A stretch of DNA of 51,616 bases from the NCBI GenBank assembly GCA_041167205.1, contig JBEEHC010000125.1:1-51616 (forward strand). Reading direction: 5' to 3'. Positions 45,077-51,616 of the stretch are shown here, in pieces. Positions within the stretch are counted from its first letter, which is position 1. The number at the start of each line of letters is the position of its first letter. This DNA comes from Verrucomicrobiota bacterium (GTDB taxonomy: Bacteria > Verrucomicrobiota > Verrucomicrobiia > Chthoniobacterales > UBA10450). The translations under genes were made by a program, and so were the position numbers. Under the pieces are notes generated by a model. The model ran no database searches and was not told where the DNA came from. It saw nothing but the letters and a program-made list of their open reading frames with translations.

Positions 45077-45934
45077 TTATTTCTTCGGGAGGGCCATCGC
45101 GGAAGCCGCGACGCACTGCCACTCGCCGTTACGCTCCACCCAAGTGTCGGTAAAACGATAGGCCTGCGAAAAAGCCTTGCCCGCCAGAGTCTTGCCGGTT
45201 TCCCGCGCGATGCCGGTGACGACCGCCACGCTCGGACCGAAAAAATGCACAGTCATATCGGAGGACGCGGCGGTCGCGTAGACGTTCTTATCTTTCCGCG
45301 CCTCTGCAATCATCGTCGACTTGTTCCCCACCTTGCCGCTGGAGGAAGTGCCGACAAAGTCGTCCGCCACCAGCTGCTCGATGATCGAGACGTCATGCGT
45401 CAGGAAGGAACTTTCCCAACGTTGTTCGAGAGCTTTCAACTTCGAGCCGATGTCGCCTTGGTTTTGATCCAGGGCCGGTGACTCAGCGGGAACCGGCGTT
45501 GAGATCGGAGTTGGTTTCGGCGTTGGTTTTGGGGTTGGAGTTGCGATTGGCCTGGGGGTCGGAGTTGGTTTGGGTCTGGGCGTTGCAACTGGTCTGGGCG
45601 GTGGAGTCGGTATTGGTCGGGGCGTGGTGGTCGCGAGCGGCCTCGGCGTTGGCAAGGCTACAGTCGCCGCTGGTCTCGGACGAGGAGACGCTATTGGCTC
45701 AAGAGTCGGCGTTGGTATCGGCTCGAAAAGGGGGGTCGTCATCGGCTGCAGAGTCAAAGTCTCCGTCGCTTCAGGCGTTGGACTCGGCCTCGATTTGGGC
45801 GGTGTCGAAATTGGCGTGACCGATTCTTCGGCCGGCGCCGGACTCTTGTGTTTGAAAGGAGTGGAGGCGGCATCTTGCGCCCGCACAAATGGCGCAGCGG
45901 CGAGGAAAAAGGTCGCGATTGCGAGTAAGCGCAT
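45077..45934 (-). CDS. secreted protein: signal peptide, Pro/Thr-rich linker, C-terminal DUF4440/NTF2-like domain
   Basis: MRLLAIATFFLAAAPFVRA, then PTP/PRP repeats, then LEQRWESSFLTHDVSIIEQLVADDFVG...WVERNGEWQCVA. Confidence 0.75.
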   Translation of the reverse strand: MRLLAIATFFLAAAPFVRAQDAASTPFKHKSPAPAEESVTPISTPPKSRPSPTPEATETLTLQPMTTPLFEPIPTPTLEPIASPRPRPAATVALPTPRPLATTTPRPIPTPPPRPVATPRPKPTPTPRPIATPTPKPTPKPTPISTPVPAESPALDQNQGDIGSKLKALEQRWESSFLTHDVSIIEQLVADDFVGTSSSGKVGNKSTMIAEARKDKNVYATAASSDMTVHFFGPSVAVVTGIARETGKTLAGKAFSQAYRFTDTWVERNGEWQCVAASAMALPKK

Positions 45935-46053
45935 GGTGTTTTTCAGATTGTCTCCTTACGAGGAATTGGTCAGATCGGAAACTAGCGCGCGCTCGTCGAC
46001 ACGGTCAAGCCGAATAGATTCCGCGGAGCGCGACGGTTTGTAAGCGGCGCTCC

Positions 46054-46419
46054 TTACCAAACTTCGGTCATCTCGGGGACGAAATGTTGCGCGCGGTCCG
46101 CCTCGTCGTGGATACCGGCTTGCACTCGATGGATTAGAGTCGCGAACAGGCGATCAAATACTTCGAGGAGAACACGGGCAATCCTCCGCACGACATCGAA
46201 GTCGAGGGGGATCGTTACATCGTCTGGCCGTTCCAGGCGTTCGGGTATAAGATTGGCCAATTGAAAATCCGTGCACTGCGCAGCAATGGGGAAAAAGAGC
46301 TCGGCCAGAAGTTTGACGAGCCTGCTTTCCACGATGAGGTCCTGAAGAATGGCGCTTTGCCGCTGAGCGTTCTAGAGACCCACCTGAAAGAATGGGTGGA
46401 AAAACACAGGAACGCATAG
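46054..46419 (+). pseudogene. 5'-truncated remnant of a DUF885-family gene with an in-frame TAG (46135..46137)
   Basis: Hand translation: LPNFGHLGDEMLRAVRLVVDTGLHSMD*SREQAIKYFEENTGNPPHDIEVEGDRYIVWPFQAFGYKIGQLKIRALRSNGEKELGQKFDEPAFHDEVLKNGALPLSVLETHLKEWVEKHRNA*. This matches the conserved DUF885 C-terminus, where the stop replaces the conserved Trp. Confidence 0.7.
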
Positions 46420-46429
46420 GACGATCCTG

Positions 46430-47092
46430 ATGATGGACTTCTTACCCAAGAACGCAGCGCAGGAGGAGCCGGTCGACGCGGCGGCTCCGCGCATGCCCGC
46501 GTCCACGCCGGAACTCGAGCCGGGCGCGCCGACCGATCTCGAACTCATGCACGCGATCCAAAAGGAAGATCCTGAGGCGCTCTCGCTTTTGTATGATCGA
46601 TACAACGGCATCCTGAAGGCGCTCATCCTGCGCGTGATTCATAATGAGGCGGAAGCCGACGATCTCCTGCAGGAAATCTTTATGGAGATCTGGAACCAGG
46701 CGAAAAATTTCTCCGCGCAAAAGGGGAAACCGCTCGGCTGGATGGTGACCCTGGCGCGACGCCGCGCGATCGACGGCCTGCGGAAAAAACAGGCCTACGC
46801 GCGTGCGGGGGAGCGGTTGCAAACCGAGACGGAGCAGCAACCGGACGCATGGGTGCACAACGCGACCGAGGAAGAAATCACCTTCAGCGACACACGAATT
46901 CTCGTGCGCCGCGTGATCGACACCCTGCCCGTGGCCCAGCAGCAGGCCATAAATCTCGCATTTTTTCGGGGAATGAGTCAGCGCGAAATCGCCGCACATA
47001 CGAATACACCATTAGGCACGGTCAAAACGCGGCTCGAATTAGGGCTAAAGAAAATCTACGACGGCCTGAAGGAGCTGAGAGATGAGCTTTGA
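46430..47092 (+). CDS. ECF-type RNA polymerase sigma factor (sigma-70 family, group 4)
   Basis: Region 2 (DLLQEIFMEIWNQAKNF...GWMVTLARRRAIDGLRK) and region 4 (FFRGMSQREIAAHTNTPLGTVKTRL). Confidence 0.9.
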   Translation: MMDFLPKNAAQEEPVDAAAPRMPASTPELEPGAPTDLELMHAIQKEDPEALSLLYDRYNGILKALILRVIHNEAEADDLLQEIFMEIWNQAKNFSAQKGKPLGWMVTLARRRAIDGLRKKQAYARAGERLQTETEQQPDAWVHNATEEEITFSDTRILVRRVIDTLPVAQQQAINLAFFRGMSQREIAAHTNTPLGTVKTRLELGLKKIYDGLKELRDEL

Positions 47093-47318
47093 AGAATTTC
47101 AGAACCAGGCGCGCCTTTATGTCATCGGCGCGCTGGAAGCGGAAGAGACTGAGGCCTTTGAGCTGGCCCGCAAACAGTTTGGGAAACCGGCGGAAGATTA
47201 CATCGCCCAGTGTTACAGCATGCACGAAGCGTTCGCCCTGAGTTTGCGTCCCGCGACATCGTCCGACGCCCTGAAAGAGCGGCTGATGACGATGGTGCGC
47301 AAGCGGCAAGCGAGCTAA
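47082..47318 (+). CDS. short putative anti-sigma factor
   Basis: 78-aa ORF overlapping the sigma gene by 11 nt. LYVIGALEAEETEAFE resembles the RskA/ChrR-type N-terminal helix. It has no TM segment. Confidence 0.5.
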   Translation: MSFEEFQNQARLYVIGALEAEETEAFELARKQFGKPAEDYIAQCYSMHEAFALSLRPATSSDALKERLMTMVRKRQAS

Positions 47319-47330
47319 CACGGTTCTGTG

Positions 47331-47370
47331 AAATGTAGAGGCGCTCGCTGCGGCGAGCGCCTCTACATTT
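47331..47370. terminator. REP-like element R2: perfect 18-bp-stem hairpin between convergent genes (probable bidirectional terminator)
   Basis: AAATGTAGAGGCGCTCGC-tgcg-GCGAGCGCCTCTACATTT. It has the same termini as R1 and R3. Confidence 0.65.
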
Positions 47371-47854
47371 TCAGCTCGTGCAAAATAAATTCCTGGAGAA
47401 ATCCGTAGAAATTCACCTGGAACAAACCAAGGTCGCGCCGTGATCCGATCGGGGAACGATAGTGATCGCACAGCTCGGCCTCGTTGAAATTGTACTTGGC
47501 GGCGATGACCAGGCGGGCCTGGTTCAGCGCGTTTAGCCACGCGTCCGCATTCTTGGTCGGAATTCGCAGCGTGCAATTTGCGAATGGTTTTGTGCTTCCG
47601 TTGAGCTGCTGCAAGTCGAGCACGACGGTCTCCGTCGCCGTCTGAAAAAGGCGGCGCAATTCCGGCTCGACATACAGCTTCCATTCCGCGCACGTTTCCC
47701 GCTCCGAGGCTGGGGCGGGCGAACTGAACAAACGTTGCTGTGCCGCCTCTACCCCGTCGGTCCGCGTGCTCTCCGGAATCTGCCGCAGAAGTTCAGCCAG
47801 AAAGGGATCGAGCTCGGAAATCTCGAGGCAATCTCCCTGGCGGCGAATTTCCAT
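47363..47854 (-). CDS. hypothetical protein coupled to clpS (possibly DUF2017-like)
   Basis: The ATG at 47854 lies 1 nt after the clpS stop. The stop TAG lies inside element R2. The domain call rests on gene context only. Confidence 0.5.
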   Translation of the reverse strand: MEIRRQGDCLEISELDPFLAELLRQIPESTRTDGVEAAQQRLFSSPAPASERETCAEWKLYVEPELRRLFQTATETVVLDLQQLNGSTKPFANCTLRIPTKNADAWLNALNQARLVIAAKYNFNEAELCDHYRSPIGSRRDLGLFQVNFYGFLQEFILHELKM

Positions 47855-47855
47855 A

Positions 47856-48161
47856 TCAGCTTGTTCGTTCGAGCGTAGCGAGGAGCAGGTAACCGTGCAG
47901 TTGCTGGACGTAAAGCTCCGCGCGTTCCCGCATGCCGCTCCATAGAATCGAGCGCCCCTGTTGATGCACTTCGAGCATGTGTTTCTCAGCTTGCTCGCGC
48001 GGGAGGCCAAACACTTTCTGGAAGACCATCGTGACGTAGGTCATCAAGTTGACCGGGTCATTGTGCACGACGACCTGCCATGGAAGATCGAGTTCCTCGG
48101 CCGTGCGAGTCTCTTGCTCGATGGCGGGATTTTCGACTGATAACTCGAAGGGAGTGTGCAT
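47856..48161 (-). CDS. clpS: ATP-dependent Clp protease adaptor ClpS
   Basis: VVVHNDPVNLMTYVTMVFQKVFGL..EQAEKHMLEVHQQGRSI is the ClpS core. Confidence 0.9.
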   Translation of the reverse strand: MHTPFELSVENPAIEQETRTAEELDLPWQVVVHNDPVNLMTYVTMVFQKVFGLPREQAEKHMLEVHQQGRSILWSGMRERAELYVQQLHGYLLLATLERTS

Positions 48162-48292
48162 CGGGGCGAACCGGCGCGGCGTCAGTCAGTTACCTGGCGC
48201 CACTTCCGCCATCCCTTCGTGGCTGCCAAATCATGAAAAAGACGCTACCACAGGCTATGCCCGGTTCAACCGATGCCACTCAACTGGAGTGC

Positions 48293-48347
48293 CGGTCTAT
48301 GACCGCAGTCGGTGTGCGTAGGACGTGCTATCGGCGGTCATAGACCG
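48293..48347. repeat. 14-bp perfect inverted repeat with a 27-nt loop (CGGTCTATGACCGC ... GCGGTCATAGACCG)
   Basis: Read directly from the sequence. It lies between the ybeY stop and the clpS start. Confidence 0.5.
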
Positions 48348-48350
48348 TCG

Positions 48351-48809
48351 CTACAGGAGAAGAGCCGCCACGAGTTTCTTCTGCGCGCGTTCCATTTCCG
48401 CGGCGTCGGCGGGCGCCTTGTCGTCAAACCCATGCAGATGGAGAAGCCCATGCGCGATGTACAAACGCAGCTCAGTCTCGAGCGAATTCCCAAATCGACG
48501 CGCGTGAGCTCGCGCTGTCTCGGCGCTGATAAAAATCTCGCCGTGCTGAAATGTAATTACATCCGTCGGCCCGGGGAGATGAAGGAAACGGCGGTGCAAT
48601 TCCGCCATGCGCCGGTTCGAGACCAGGATCACATTCAGCTCCGCCACGCTCGCCAGGCCACCGAGTTTTTTCCTCGGAATCTTCAGGCACTTCGCGAGCG
48701 CACGCGACGCGAACTCTTGCAACGCCGCGAGTGGGAGACGCATTGCCCTTTGCCGGTTCTGCACGGTGATCCGGGGCGCTGTACCGGTCGCGTGATCTGC
48801 TTTTTTCAC
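48351..48809 (-). CDS. ybeY: rRNA maturation endoribonuclease YbeY
   Basis: Zn motif HGLLHLHGFDD and upstream TDVITF. The GTG at 48809 gives a 152-aa protein starting just after the panE stop. The track ORF extends further upstream. Confidence 0.85.
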   Translation of the reverse strand: MKKADHATGTAPRITVQNRQRAMRLPLAALQEFASRALAKCLKIPRKKLGGLASVAELNVILVSNRRMAELHRRFLHLPGPTDVITFQHGEIFISAETARAHARRFGNSLETELRLYIAHGLLHLHGFDDKAPADAAEMERAQKKLVAALLL

Positions 48810-48810
48810 C

Positions 48811-49782
48811 TTACGCTCGCGCCTGCGCTTCAGTTGTTTCACTGGCCCGTTGTGAATCCATTGCCTTGAGCTTTGCATAAAGAGCTTGCAGTCGCGGCGC
48901 AGAGGCCCCGGCGGCAACGGCCCGGCGCAACGGTTCGCCCCAGATCGCCTCTACCTCAAGCGGGCGGCCGGCTTGGAAATCAATGAGGGTCGAGGGCTTG
49001 TAGGCTCCCATCGATTCCGTCCGTTTTATTTGCTCGAGCGCCGCCGCGGCGGGCAGTGGAAATCCACACTTGTTCGCAGCGACGATAACTTCTTCCATCA
49101 ATGCGAGGCATTCACTTCGAAGATATTCATCTGAAAGAATAGATTCGGTGTCTATTCCTCCGGCCGCGACTGAGAGACCGTTGAACGGAATGTTCCAGAC
49201 CAGTTTGCGCCAGCGTTCGAGCACGAGGTTCTCCACGACACTGCAGATCACCCCACACCGCTTGAACTCCCAGGCGACGTCATGCGTCCGCGGCTGAGGG
49301 CAGTGGTTGTATTCGCCGATCGCGACCCGGCCGGGATCGTAGAGCTCGATCACACTCGGTGAAACGCGGTTGAGGCAGACAAAGCAAAGTCCGCCCAACA
49401 CACGTTCCGCGCCGAAATTCTCCGCCAGGAATTCCTCGTTGCCGAAACCGTTTTGCAAAGTGAGCAACATCGTCTTGTCGCGCAGAAGCGGCGGGATCAG
49501 TTCGAGGAGATCGCTGTTTGATGTCGCCTTGACCGCGACGAAAACGAGATCGCACGGCCCAATCTCTTCGGTAGACGCGTGGTGATTCACTTTTGCCACG
49601 CGCAGGTTCTCGCCTTTGCCGCGAATCCGAATTCCAAAGCGGCGGATCTCCGCGACGTCGCCGCGCATCAAGAAATGCACGTCTCGCCCAAAATAGGCGA
49701 GTTTCGCCCCGTAATAACATCCGATCGCGCCCGAACCGACGATGGCTATTCGAAAGTGAGGCAATAGATAGCGGCCTCGCAT
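48811..49782 (-). CDS. panE: 2-dehydropantoate 2-reductase
   Basis: ApbA/PanE N-terminus IAIVGSGAIGCYYGAKLA and C-terminal KPSTLIDFQAGRPLEVEAI. Confidence 0.85.
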   Translation of the reverse strand: MRGRYLLPHFRIAIVGSGAIGCYYGAKLAYFGRDVHFLMRGDVAEIRRFGIRIRGKGENLRVAKVNHHASTEEIGPCDLVFVAVKATSNSDLLELIPPLLRDKTMLLTLQNGFGNEEFLAENFGAERVLGGLCFVCLNRVSPSVIELYDPGRVAIGEYNHCPQPRTHDVAWEFKRCGVICSVVENLVLERWRKLVWNIPFNGLSVAAGGIDTESILSDEYLRSECLALMEEVIVAANKCGFPLPAAAALEQIKRTESMGAYKPSTLIDFQAGRPLEVEAIWGEPLRRAVAAGASAPRLQALYAKLKAMDSQRASETTEAQARA

Positions 49783-49786
49783 CCCG

Positions 49787-51067
49787 TCATGCTGGAGGTC
49801 GAGTTTCGGCCTGAAAGTTCCGCGTGATGAGCCGCGCGCCTTTATTGAAAGTGAGGTAGGCCCATGCCCATTCCATCAGCACGGCGATACGATTGCGGAA
49901 GCCGACCAGAAAAATGATGTGGACGAAAAGCCACACGACCCATGCCGGCAGTCCGCTGAGATGAATGAAATTCAAGTCCGCGACTGCTTTGTTCCGGCCA
50001 ATTGTCGCCATACTTCCCTTGTTCCAATAACGAAAGCGCTGGGGCTTCCGGCCATCGACCATCGCCAGGATATTCCGCGCGGCGTGACGACCTTCTTGCA
50101 TCGCGACCGGCGAAACGCCTGGCAGTGGCTTGCCATCGTGATGGACAAAATTTGCGAGATCTCCAATCACCTGGACTTCGCGGTGACCGGGGATGGTTAG
50201 GTCCTCGTTCACGATGACGCGTCCGGCCTTGTCGACCGGAACGCCCATTGTTTTTCCGACAAAGGAGGCCGCATTGCCCGCGGCCCAGATTTTCACCCGG
50301 CAGGGGATGAATTCCTCGCCGACTTCAACGCCTGCATCGGTCAGGTTTCTTGCGTGAATGCCGGTACGCACTTCGACACCGAGCTGTTTCAGCTGCTTCA
50401 TCGCGCTCACGGATAAGTCTTCCGGAAAACTGGAAAGGACGCGTTGCTCGCCCTCCACCAAAATCACCCGCGCGCTCGCAGGATCGATGTGCCGGAAATC
50501 TTTCGCGAGCGTGTAACGCGAAATCTCGGCAATCGCCCCCGCCATTTCCACCCCGGTCGGTCCGCCACCGATGACGACGAAGGTCATCGCCGCCGCTTTG
50601 GCCGCTTCGTCCGTGATTTTCTCGGCGTATTCGAAGGCCAGCAGCAGACGCCGGCGGATTTCCACTGCGTCCTCGAGACTCTTCAGGCCCGGTGCGAATC
50701 TTTCCCATTCGTCATGTCCGAAATAGGAATGTCGTGAGCCGGTCGCGAGAATGAGATAGTCGTAGGCGATTTCCCGATCGCCGATGTCCACGGTCTTCGC
50801 CCCTACATTGACCGACTTCACTTCCGCCAGAATCACCTCCGTGTTCAAGAAGTCGCTCAGGATGTGGCGGATCGGCGCGGCGATATCCGCTGGAGAAAGC
50901 GCGGCAGTCGCGACTTCGTACAAGAGCGGCTGGAAGAGATGATGATTTGTCCGGTCGAGCACGGTCACCCGCACCGCTTCCTTGCCGAGCTTCTTCGCGG
51001 CCTCGAGCCCGCCAAAGCCGGCCCCCACTATCACGACGTGGGGGATGTGTGAAGGGGCGCTTTCCAT
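49787..51067 (-). CDS. ndh: type II NADH:quinone oxidoreductase (NDH-2)
   Basis: HVVIVGAGFGGLEAAKKL, NHHLFQPLLYEVATA, and a second GGGPTGVEMAG dinucleotide fold. ATG at 51067. The upstream track extension is antisense to rpmI. Confidence 0.9.
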   Translation of the reverse strand: MESAPSHIPHVVIVGAGFGGLEAAKKLGKEAVRVTVLDRTNHHLFQPLLYEVATAALSPADIAAPIRHILSDFLNTEVILAEVKSVNVGAKTVDIGDREIAYDYLILATGSRHSYFGHDEWERFAPGLKSLEDAVEIRRRLLLAFEYAEKITDEAAKAAAMTFVVIGGGPTGVEMAGAIAEISRYTLAKDFRHIDPASARVILVEGEQRVLSSFPEDLSVSAMKQLKQLGVEVRTGIHARNLTDAGVEVGEEFIPCRVKIWAAGNAASFVGKTMGVPVDKAGRVIVNEDLTIPGHREVQVIGDLANFVHHDGKPLPGVSPVAMQEGRHAARNILAMVDGRKPQRFRYWNKGSMATIGRNKAVADLNFIHLSGLPAWVVWLFVHIIFLVGFRNRIAVLMEWAWAYLTFNKGARLITRNFQAETRPPA

Positions 51068-51178
51068 GCGCGCAATTTCCGCTGTTAAAAACTGGAAGCG
51101 AGCACTTTGTTCTCGCGCTGGAGCCTGAGCGCAATAGCGTTTGTCACGAGGCGAAACTGCCGCTATCTTCCGCGCCTT

Positions 51179-51388
51179 ATGCCGAAAGCAATCGCGCGCA
51201 ACAAAACACGAAAGGCAGTCTCGAAGCGGTTCAAGATCACCGGGACGGGCAAAGTCATGCGGCAACATGCTTCGCGCAGGCATCTGCTTTCCTCGAAGAG
51301 CGCCAAGCGCAAACGCCACATGGCCAAGTCGGCTGAAGTCGACAAGACGGATACCTATCGGATCAAGTCGAACATGCCGTTCGGTTAG
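51179..51388 (+). CDS. rpmI: 50S ribosomal protein L35
   Basis: MPKAIARNKTRKAVSKRFKITGTGKVMRQHASRRHLL..KSAKRKRH, the canonical L35 sequence. Confidence 0.9.
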   Translation: MPKAIARNKTRKAVSKRFKITGTGKVMRQHASRRHLLSSKSAKRKRHMAKSAEVDKTDTYRIKSNMPFG

Positions 51389-51397
51389 GCGCGGGGG

Positions 51398-51463
51398 ATG
51401 TAGAGACGCTTGTGCCAAGCGCGTGGCCAAATAATAGGCGCTTGGCACAAGCGCCTCTACATT
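51398..51463. repeat. REP-like palindromic element R3
   Basis: GATGTAGAGACGCTTGTGCCAAGCGCG-tggccaaataat-AGGCGCTTGGCACAAGCGCCTCTACATT. Same architecture as R1. Confidence 0.7.
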
Positions 51464-51545
51464 CAGCAAAAGACCGTTGCGCGATGGCGATCTTTCGCGA
51501 ACAGTTTGTCTCCGTCAGGGGCTATGGACTGAGGACTTACGAACC

Positions 51546-51615
51546 CCGCCAGAGCAGGAATGCAGCAACGGTAGTCTGATCCTCCTTGCCGTAGTTCTCT
51601 GGCGGACTTTTTTTT
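51546..51615 (+). terminator. intrinsic-terminator-like structure at the window end
   Basis: CCGCCAGAG ... CTCTGGCGG (9 bp) with an inner GCAAcGG/CCTTGC stem, followed by AC and eight T residues. Confidence 0.5.
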
Positions 51616-51616
51616 G

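Noticed and set aside
45478-46043. Plus-strand ORFs 45478..45819 and 45570..46043 rich in G/V/L repeats
   Set aside because: They are the antisense reading of the Pro/Thr-rich linker of gene 45077..45934. The low-complexity mirror frame stays open by composition.
41601-51463. CRISPR array formed by the ATGTAGAGGCGC repeats
   Set aside because: The three copies are about 4-6 kb apart, internally palindromic and of different lengths. There are no regularly spaced spacers and no cas genes.
51480-51616. SRP (4.5S) RNA because of AGCAGGAATGCAGCAAC resembling the GGAAGCAGC helix-8 motif
   Set aside because: The symmetric and asymmetric loop partners and the GNRA-capped helix could not be built by hand. 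The match is limited to a few nucleotides.

Overview
GC-rich chromosomal window with about 55 protein genes (mostly minus strand), one tRNA and several repeat families. The gene content (exosortase/EpsI, CADD-like enzyme, TreS-maltokinase fusion, multi-PAS/GAF kinases) suggests a soil Verrucomicrobiota/Acidobacteriota-type bacterium; that taxonomic call is inference only. Positions 1-21.6 kb form a redox/detoxification accessory region. It holds a Tat-exported PaoABC-like molybdoenzyme, a non-haem chloroperoxidase-type hydrolase, a Zn-ADH, two SDRs and several NTF2/SnoaL-like proteins. It also holds DUF427, LysR, a cNMP-binding/TrxR fusion, an LLM monooxygenase with FMN reductase, DoxX/MarR, and an SRPBCC-hydrolase-RND pump operon. 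Positions 21.8-26.9 kb carry a PAS/GAF HisKA_3 histidine kinase with a NarL/LuxR response regulator. Positions 27-38 kb carry tRNA-Lys(CTT), nadE, an exosortase locus (CPBP protease, hybrid kinase, secreted protein, exosortase-EpsI fusion, EEP nuclease/phosphatase), a glcD-like gene and fabI. Positions 38-41 kb carry small secreted/membrane proteins. Positions 41-51.6 kb carry CADD, treS-mak, an ECF sigma/anti-sigma pair, clpS, ybeY, panE, ndh and rpmI. There are three main second-look items. (1) A five-copy, same-orientation conserved intergenic element with a covarying hairpin precedes the ADH, an SDR, a hypothetical gene and the kinase, and brackets the two-component system. (2) Two 123-bp attC-like sites (RYYYAAC...GTTRRRY, extrahelical bases) plus one truncated copy separate short promoterless ORFs at 39.8-40.8 kb, an integron-cassette-like array with no integrase in the window. 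(3) Two palindromic repeat families are present: an ATGTAGAGGCGC REP-like family (3 copies) and one GTCATCCCGAGG MITE-like inverted repeat. Gene remnants and frameshift candidates are also listed. No CRISPR array, rRNA or transposase was seen.
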